Origin: an uncultured Chloroflexia bacterium
GTDB taxonomy: Bacteria > Chloroflexota > Limnocylindria > Limnocylindrales > CSP1-4
Direction of reading: 5' to 3'
NCBI GenBank assembly: GCA_963780375.1
Contig: CAWABV010000008.1
Location: 539,619 to 603,618 of the forward strand
DNA: 64,000 nucleotides
Shown: in pieces, positions 58,607-64,000 of the stretch
Layout: each line of letters starts with the position of its first letter
Position numbering within the stretch: position 1 is the stretch's first letter
Notes under the pieces: model-generated
The model's input: only the letters and a program-made list of their open reading frames with translations
Database searches by the model: none
What the model was told of the DNA's origin: nothing
Program-made: the position numbers and the translations under genes

Positions 58607-59413
58607 TCAGACGAACGGGCCGGACAACGTCAGGAGCGCGAGCAGGATCAGTCCGACGCCGACCGCGCTCGACAGCCGTCGTGGCGAGGGCAGGTACGTC
58701 TCCAAGATCATCACGCCGGTCAGGGCGCCCATCCAGATCAGGCTGCCGAACCCCTCCCCGAACATCAGCAGCATGAGCGCCCACGAGGCACCGACACAGG
58801 CGATGCCATGGTCAAGTCCGAGGCGGGCGGCCCCGCCCTGCGGCCCGCCCGTGGTCGCCATGTGGTCGCCCGGGCGCCGACACCGTTCCAGATCGCGATG
58901 CTTGCGCGGCATGAACTGGTACCCGCCGGCGAGCGCCAGTACCCCGGCCTCGACGAGCCACGGGCGAGACGCAAGCCACGGGGTCGAATCGACGATGCGG
59001 TGGACGACCATGTCGCCAAGGAAGGCCCCGAGGCCGAACGCCGCCCACACGAGGAAGAACCCCGCAAGGAACGTCAGCTCGGCGCGTCCCGACGCGACGC
59101 GCGCGGTCGCGGCGCGGGTGACATAGTCGATGGCCGGCAGGCTGGCGGGCACCATCATGGCGGCGACCATGACCTGCCAGGCGCCCAAGAAGAGCGGGAT
59201 CGCCACCCAGGGCGGCGGCCCGGTCTCGATGAGCGCGTGATGGTGGAGCGTCGGGGCCACGCGGGTCGCCTCGAGGATGACGAGCGTCGTCCAGGCACCG
59301 CCGACCAGCAGGAGCGCGACCACGAGCTCGCCACGCGCGAGGATCGATCCCGCCGCGAGCTCGACGACCCCGGGACCGTGAAGCGGGCGGCGGACCCGGG
59401 CAGCGCCGCTCAT
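58607..59413 (-). CDS. integral membrane protein (DUF2182-like, putative metal-binding)
   Basis: Six hydrophobic helices and a His cluster HHHALIETGPPPW. Start abuts the stop of the upstream redoxin gene. Confidence 0.55.
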   Translation of the reverse strand: MSGAARVRRPLHGPGVVELAAGSILARGELVVALLLVGGAWTTLVILEATRVAPTLHHHALIETGPPPWVAIPLFLGAWQVMVAAMMVPASLPAIDYVTRAATARVASGRAELTFLAGFFLVWAAFGLGAFLGDMVVHRIVDSTPWLASRPWLVEAGVLALAGGYQFMPRKHRDLERCRRPGDHMATTGGPQGGAARLGLDHGIACVGASWALMLLMFGEGFGSLIWMGALTGVMILETYLPSPRRLSSAVGVGLILLALLTLSGPFV

Positions 59414-59414
59414 G

Positions 59415-59933
59415 TCACACGAGGTCGAGACTGCACCCGAACGGTCGGGTCTCCGGACGCCGGACGGCGCGCCCGGCCAGGATGTCGTCCAGCGCGTCCC
59501 GCAGGTCGTGGGTGGTCACGCGTTCCGGGAGCCGAGCGTCGTCGAACCGGCCGCGATAGCGCAGCCGTCGGTCCTGGTCGAGCACGAAGACATGGAACGT
59601 GCACTCGGCGCCGTACGCCCGGGCGACCCTTTGGCCCTCGTCGACGAGATAGGGGAAGACGTAGCCGTCTTCCGTCGCGCGCTCGACCATCCGGGAGAGG
59701 CGCTCATCGGGGTAGAGGTGCGGGTCGTTCGAGTTGATCGCGACCAGCTGGACGCCGCGCGGGCCGAAGTCCCGCTGGAGCTCGTTCATGCGGTCCGCGT
59801 AGGCCTTCGCCGTCGGGCATCGGTTGGACGAGAAGATCAGCACGAGCGCCGTCTTCTCGTGGAACCGATCGAAGCCGTAGCGCTGACCGTCCGTGCCGCG
59901 CAGGTCCTCGAACGCCGGCGCGTGGGAGCCCAT
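59415..59933 (-). CDS. thioredoxin-fold redoxin (AhpC/TSA / TlpA-like)
   Basis: LVLIFSSNRCPTAK contains the single CP(T) active-site motif in a peroxiredoxin-like context, followed by a C-terminal beta-sheet region. Confidence 0.7.
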   Translation of the reverse strand: MGSHAPAFEDLRGTDGQRYGFDRFHEKTALVLIFSSNRCPTAKAYADRMNELQRDFGPRGVQLVAINSNDPHLYPDERLSRMVERATEDGYVFPYLVDEGQRVARAYGAECTFHVFVLDQDRRLRYRGRFDDARLPERVTTHDLRDALDDILAGRAVRRPETRPFGCSLDLV

Positions 59934-59980
59934 CCGGAGGCTCGCCCGTTCGGGCGAGGCCTCCTGGATCTCCAGGGCGG

Positions 59981-60538
59981 TCACACCGCGACCGAGGCGG
60001 CGAAGCGGTCCGGGAACTGCGCGGCCAGGCCGTCGTGGATCGCATCCGCGAGGACCATGATCTCGGTGAAGATGTCGTCGAATGCCTTCACGTCGGCGGC
60101 CCAATCGCCGCTGATGCGAGCGACGGTCTCGTCCTTGGTCAGCTTGAGATGCAGGGCGAGGAGGTCGAGGACGTCGCTCTCCTTCCAGTTCGGGTTCGCA
60201 CCAGCGAGGAACGAGGCGATCGTCTCGATGTTGCGCGTCCAACGCGCGTCGTGGGTGGCGAAGGCGGCCTGGTCGCCGGACTTGGCCGCCGCGACGAGTT
60301 CGACCGCGATCAGGATGTGCTCCTTGAGGAGCTCGGTCAGACGGTCGCCGGCGTCCTTGCCGTAGAAGCCTGAGATCGCCGCACCGATGTCGTCCTGGTT
60401 GGCCAGCAGCCTGCCTGCGGCCGCGTCGGCGTCGGGCGCGCCGGCCACCGCGGCGATGATGTAGTCGCGGGTCCAGATGACATGGTCCGACCACAACTTG
60501 CGCAGGGCCAGCCGGACCGGTTCTCTCGAGGTCGTCAT
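59981..60538 (-). CDS. hypothetical protein (185 aa, all-alpha, acidic)
   Basis: Non-repetitive sequence with good coding composition. First gene of the redoxin / membrane-protein minus-strand triplet. Confidence 0.55.
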   Translation of the reverse strand: MTTSREPVRLALRKLWSDHVIWTRDYIIAAVAGAPDADAAAGRLLANQDDIGAAISGFYGKDAGDRLTELLKEHILIAVELVAAAKSGDQAAFATHDARWTRNIETIASFLAGANPNWKESDVLDLLALHLKLTKDETVARISGDWAADVKAFDDIFTEIMVLADAIHDGLAAQFPDRFAASVAV

Positions 60539-60698
60539 GCGTGCGGCGCTTCCTTCCGTCTCATGGCGCCCGATCGGGTGCGACCGAGTCGCCTCTAAAG
60601 GGAGTAGTGATTAGTTTTACACGGCGGCGGTAGTCGCTGTCAACCGCGCGCGACCGAGCGCGCATCACGAACGCCCACGACCGTGTTATGAAGGGACG

Positions 60699-61547
60699 AT
60701 GACGAAGCTCGAGCGGGCCAGCCTCCTCGATCCAGCGAACCAGCGTCCGCTCTCTCGGGCGACCGGTGCCGCGGCCCTGGTCGGTGGACTGGCGGTCGGC
60801 CGGGCGATCCTCGAGCCGGGCTGGCGCTGGTCGGAGGACGTCAAACCGGTCGTCGGGACGGAGTGGTGCGAGGCGCATCACCTGCACGTCCTGGTCAGCG
60901 GGCGCTTCGCCGTGCGCCTCGCGGACTCGGACGAAGCCGATGAATTCGTCGCTGGCGACGTCTTCGACATCCCGCCTCTGCACGATGCCTGGGTGGTGGG
61001 CGACGAACCTGTCGACCTCATCGACGTTTCCGGCAATGTCGTGCAGTTCGGTGAGCCGCCGGCCCTGGCCCGCCAGGTCGTGACCATGCTGATGACCGAC
61101 ATCGTCGATTCGACCCCGACAGCGGCGCGACTCGGTGACGCCCGCTGGCGGCAGACCCTCGCCGACCACGACCGCATCGTCCGACGACAGATCGAGCGAT
61201 ATCGCGGGCGCGAGATCGATACGACCGGCGACGGGTTCTTCGTCGCATTCGACAGCGCCGCGGCCGCGGTGCACTCCGCCCGGGCGATCCGGGACGAGGT
61301 CCGCCGCCTCGACCTCCAGGTCCGCATCGGGGTCCACACCGGCGAGATCGAGACCGCCGCTGACGGCGTCCGCGGGATCGCCATCCATGCCCTTGCCCGG
61401 ATCATGGCCGCCGCCGGGGCATCCCAGATCCTCGTGTCCGCCATCACGAAGACCCTGACCGAAGGGACGGACCTCACGTTCGCGGAGCGCGGACCCCACG
61501 CGCTGAAGGGGCTGGCGACACCGATGGACCTGTACGAGGTCGAGTAG
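60699..61547 (+). CDS. class III adenylate/guanylate cyclase with an N-terminal cupin-like domain
   Basis: C-terminal CHD domain (VTMLMTDIVDSTP, IDTTGDGFFVAFD, RIGVHTGEIE) preceded by a beta-rich cupin-like region (HHLHVLVSGRFAVRL). Confidence 0.75.
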   Translation: MTKLERASLLDPANQRPLSRATGAAALVGGLAVGRAILEPGWRWSEDVKPVVGTEWCEAHHLHVLVSGRFAVRLADSDEADEFVAGDVFDIPPLHDAWVVGDEPVDLIDVSGNVVQFGEPPALARQVVTMLMTDIVDSTPTAARLGDARWRQTLADHDRIVRRQIERYRGREIDTTGDGFFVAFDSAAAAVHSARAIRDEVRRLDLQVRIGVHTGEIETAADGVRGIAIHALARIMAAAGASQILVSAITKTLTEGTDLTFAERGPHALKGLATPMDLYEVE

Positions 61548-61549
61548 GG

Positions 61550-61966
61550 CTAGCGGCGCTCCGTCCGGTCGCGCGCCAGGTCGTGCAGCCGCGCGTCGGA
61601 GATCCCGAGGTGATGGGCGATCTCGTGGTAGACGGTGTCGGCGACCGCGGTCGCGAGACGCTCGGGCGTGCGGTTGGCGCGGACCAGCGGCCCGCGGAAG
61701 ATCGTGATCTTGCTCGGGAGCGGCGCCGCGTCGGCCGACCAGGCCGTTCGCGGCACGCCCTGATACAGCCCGTACAACCCGTGCGCCCGGACGGCGGCCA
61801 GCTGCTCGGGCGTCGCCTCCTCCTCGACGACGATCGCCACGCTCCCGAGCTGCTCGCGGAACGGCGATGGCAGTCGCTCGAGGGCGTCGACGACAAGATC
61901 TTCGATGTCCGTCTCGGTCGGTTCGGGGGGCAGCATGGCGCAATATTGGGTCGTGCTGCGTGACAT
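61550..61966 (-). CDS. small zincin-like metallopeptidase family protein (HExxH)
   Basis: TVYHEIAHHLGISDARL near the C-terminus. Size and layout match the widespread roughly 120-140 aa actinobacterial metallopeptidase family. Confidence 0.65.
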   Translation of the reverse strand: MSRSTTQYCAMLPPEPTETDIEDLVVDALERLPSPFREQLGSVAIVVEEEATPEQLAAVRAHGLYGLYQGVPRTAWSADAAPLPSKITIFRGPLVRANRTPERLATAVADTVYHEIAHHLGISDARLHDLARDRTERR

Positions 61967-61993
61967 CGCTGGTGTCGCCGACCGGGCAGACGG

Positions 61994-62509
61994 ATGATCC
62001 TCCCGAAGCTCCGGGATCCGCGCTTCATCACGGTGCGTCGTGGCGGCAGCCTCCGGGACGAGGATCATCACCTCCTGGCGACGTGGGCGGTTGATTGCGC
62101 GGAGCACGTCCTCCACTTCTTCGAGGAGGCTCGGCCAGACGACGACCGCCCGCGACACGCGATCGAGCTCGGGCGTGCCTGGGCGCGAGGCGAGGTCACC
62201 TGGTGGGAGGCTCGCACCGCGGGCGGCCATGCGAACGCCGCCGCCCGAGACCTGAGCGGGGCAGCACGGCATGCTGCCTACGCCGCCGGCCAGGCCGCGG
62301 CGGTGGGCCATGTGGCGGCGCACGAACTCGGTGCCGCGGCCTACGCGATCAGAGCGGCGCAGGCGGCTGCGTCTCAAGACGAGGCCGCGGAGACCGGCCG
62401 CGGGGAGTGCCGCTGGCAACGGGCGCAGCTACCGCATGAGATCCGCGACCTCGTGCTCGACGACCAGCGGCTGCGCAACGAGCTGTGCTGGTTCGTGTTC
62501 GACTGCTGA
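61994..62509 (+). CDS. hypothetical protein, all-alpha. Resembles the widespread actinobacterial 'putative immunity protein' family (identification from memory only)
   Basis: MILPKLRDPRFITVRRGGSLRDEDHHLLATWAVDCAEHVLHFF N-terminal motif block and an Ala-rich helical C-terminus. Confidence 0.5.
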   Translation: MILPKLRDPRFITVRRGGSLRDEDHHLLATWAVDCAEHVLHFFEEARPDDDRPRHAIELGRAWARGEVTWWEARTAGGHANAAARDLSGAARHAAYAAGQAAAVGHVAAHELGAAAYAIRAAQAAASQDEAAETGRGECRWQRAQLPHEIRDLVLDDQRLRNELCWFVFDC

Positions 62510-62526
62510 GCGGATCCTCGGGTGGC

Positions 62527-62602
62527 TGGTCGGGGAGGTGGGACTCGAACCCACGATCTCGTGCTCCCAAAGCACGTGCGTTGCCAACTACGCCACTCCC
62601 CG
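62527..62602 (-). tRNA. tRNA-Pro (anticodon TGG)
   Basis: Reverse complement folds as a cloverleaf: acceptor CGGGGAG/CTCCCCG, D-arm GCGT-AGTTGGCA-ACGC, anticodon arm CGTGC-TTTGGGA-GCACG, T-arm GTGGG-TTCGAGT-CCCAC, then an encoded CCA. Confidence 0.85.
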
Positions 62603-63061
62603 GGCGTTTCGTGTTCCGGAACCGCATGTGCTCCGGAAATCGGTCGCTGGTGACTGGTCTACAGCGTTCCGATCGCATTTGCTGAGTGGTGCTTAGAACC
62701 GCTCGACCAGCGAGGGATCGCAATGACCATCACCACCACCGCTCGGCCCATCATACGGCCACGTCTGGCTCGAGACGCTGAGCGCCTCGTGGCGCCGGCA
62801 CATGACCGCCCCAACGGATGAGCCCGGCAACCCTGTCGACCTGATTGGACACCGAGCCATCGAAGGGGTGGCTTTTCTAGATCCAAATCGCACGCACCCT
62901 TCGCCCCACCACAGCGGCGTTCGGCGTTGCGGCCGACAGCTACGGTGTCACGAGCCCGCTCACACGCGACATGCTGTGCGAGCGCAGGCGCCAGTTCGAG
63001 TGTGGACTGCTCGCCGCCGCCGAACAGGCCCTGCGTATCAAATGCAGTGGGAGCGACGCGA

Positions 63062-64000
63062 ATGACACGCACACGGGTGGCGCTCCTGACGGTCGGCGAT
63101 CCGAACCGCGTGACGGGCGGCTACTTGTTCCACCGACGCCTCGCGGATCGCGCGCCGGACCACGGCGCCGAGCTGCGGTTCGTCTCGATACCCGACCTGC
63201 CGCTGCCCTGGGCGATGGCGGCCGGGCCCGCGTGGTTGCTCGCGCGTGCGACCCGGAGCGCCGACATGCTCGTGCTCGACAGCCTCGCGGCGAGCGCCGC
63301 CGCGCCATGGCTCGGCCATGTCCGGGCGCCGGTCGTCGGCATGTTGCATCAGCCGCCCGGCGGGATCGACGCGCCTCCCGTGCAGCGTCAGTTCCGGACG
63401 GCCTTCGATCGGCGCGCGTACCGCGCATGCAAGCTCCTCATGGTGGCCAGCGACTGGCTCGCGGCCGAGCTCGTGGCCGAGGGTGTGCCGAGTGATCGAC
63501 TCCGCGTCGTCCCGCCCGGCAAGGATCTGGACGTCGCGGCCGGCGCTGTGACATGCGAGGACACCCCTGCCATCGATCGAGCCGGCCTGCGACAAGGCCG
63601 CCTGATGGCCGCCGTCTGCGTCGCGAACTGGCTACCGTCGAAGGGGATCGTCGAGCTCCTCGAGGCCGTCTCGGGCCTGCCCGACGACGTCGTCACCCTC
63701 CACCTCGTCGGCGACACCGCCACGCGCGGCGGGTACGCCGGTCGGGTGCACGAGCGCATCGAGCGCGCCGATCTTCGTGACCGGGTCGTGGTGCACGGCC
63801 TCATCGAACCCGCGGCGGTGCACCAGATGTACCAGACCGTCGACGCCTTCGTGCTGCCGAGCTTCTTCGAGACGTACGGAACAGTCTGGGGAGAGGCGAT
63901 GGCAGCGGGACTCCCGGTGGTCGGCTGGCAGGCCGGGAACCTGCCATTTCTGGCTGATCACGGCCGCGACGGCGTGCTCGTGCCGGTGGGGGACGTTCGG
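63062..64000 (+). CDS. glycosyltransferase family 1 (GT4-type), 3'-truncated by the window end
   Basis: Manual translation from the ATG at 63062 gives MTRTRVALLTVGDPNRVTGGYLFHRR...VPPGKD...LHLVGD...FVLPSFFETYGTVWGEAMAAGLPVVGW, a GT1 EX7E-type C-terminal domain. It is absent from the ORF track because no stop lies in the window. Confidence 0.7.
   Translation, partial: MTRTRVALLTVGDPNRVTGGYLFHRRLADRAPDHGAELRFVSIPDLPLPWAMAAGPAWLLARATRSADMLVLDSLAASAAAPWLGHVRAPVVGMLHQPPGGIDAPPVQRQFRTAFDRRAYRACKLLMVASDWLAAELVAEGVPSDRLRVVPPGKDLDVAAGAVTCEDTPAIDRAGLRQGRLMAAVCVANWLPSKGIVELLEAVSGLPDDVVTLHLVGDTATRGGYAGRVHERIERADLRDRVVVHGLIEPAAVHQMYQTVDAFVLPSFFETYGTVWGEAMAAGLPVVGWQAGNLPFLADHGRDGVLVPVGDVR

Noticed and set aside
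62659-63595. Minus-strand ORFs (137 aa, 185 aa, 162 aa) between tRNA-Pro(TGG) and the window end
   Set aside because: They overlap the plus-strand GT1 glycosyltransferase reading frame, which has clear family motifs, and they are R/A-rich antisense artefacts.

Overview
High-GC (about 70%) actinobacterial-type chromosomal segment with dense coding, frequent GTGA/ATGA start-stop overlaps, and tRNA-Pro(CGG) and tRNA-Pro(TGG) genes. Most of it is recognisable carbohydrate and nitrogen metabolism.

Recognisable loci:
1. L-rhamnose catabolism and uptake supercluster (1..19381). It contains an SDR fragment, an FMN-dependent L-lactate-type dehydrogenase, rhaB, bifunctional rhaEW aldolase/dehydrogenase, a DeoR regulator, a RhaSTPQ-type ABC system, rhaM, rhaI, an AraC regulator, a second family-1 ABC system and a GH78 alpha-L-rhamnosidase.
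2. A tightly overlapped minus-strand operon (19392..23354) of GMC oxidoreductase, a hypothetical protein, a calcineurin-like phosphoesterase, a ParB/Srx-fold protein and a small protein.
3. An OmpR/HK two-component system with a GerMN (LpqB-like) lipoprotein.
4. Two tandem glutamine synthetase genes with a small membrane protein and a PucR regulator.
5. An orphan ResB-like protein.
6. A PLP transsulfuration enzyme.
7. A xylose locus (class II xylA, xylB, convergent xylFGH-like ABC system, ROK regulator, Gfo/Idh/MocA oxidoreductase).
8. A divergent pair of secreted PAP2/vanadium-haloperoxidase-like and CRTAC1 (FG-GAP/ASPIC) proteins.
9. M24 peptidase, aldose epimerase, a GGDEF membrane cyclase, Lrp, an LLM/F420-type oxidoreductase, homocysteine S-methyltransferase and LysE.
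10. A redoxin/DUF2182-like membrane operon, a cupin-adenylate cyclase, a small zincin peptidase, an immunity-like hypothetical protein, and a partial GT family-1 glycosyltransferase at the 3' end.

I found no integrase, transposase, CRISPR array, or obvious defence or toxin system. The less-understood candidates are the 19.4-23.4 kb operon, the 51-bp tandem-repeat small ORF next to tRNA-Pro(CGG), the glnA-associated micro-protein, and the two divergent secreted proteins at 47-51 kb. All functional calls come from reading motifs in the supplied translations. No database search was run.
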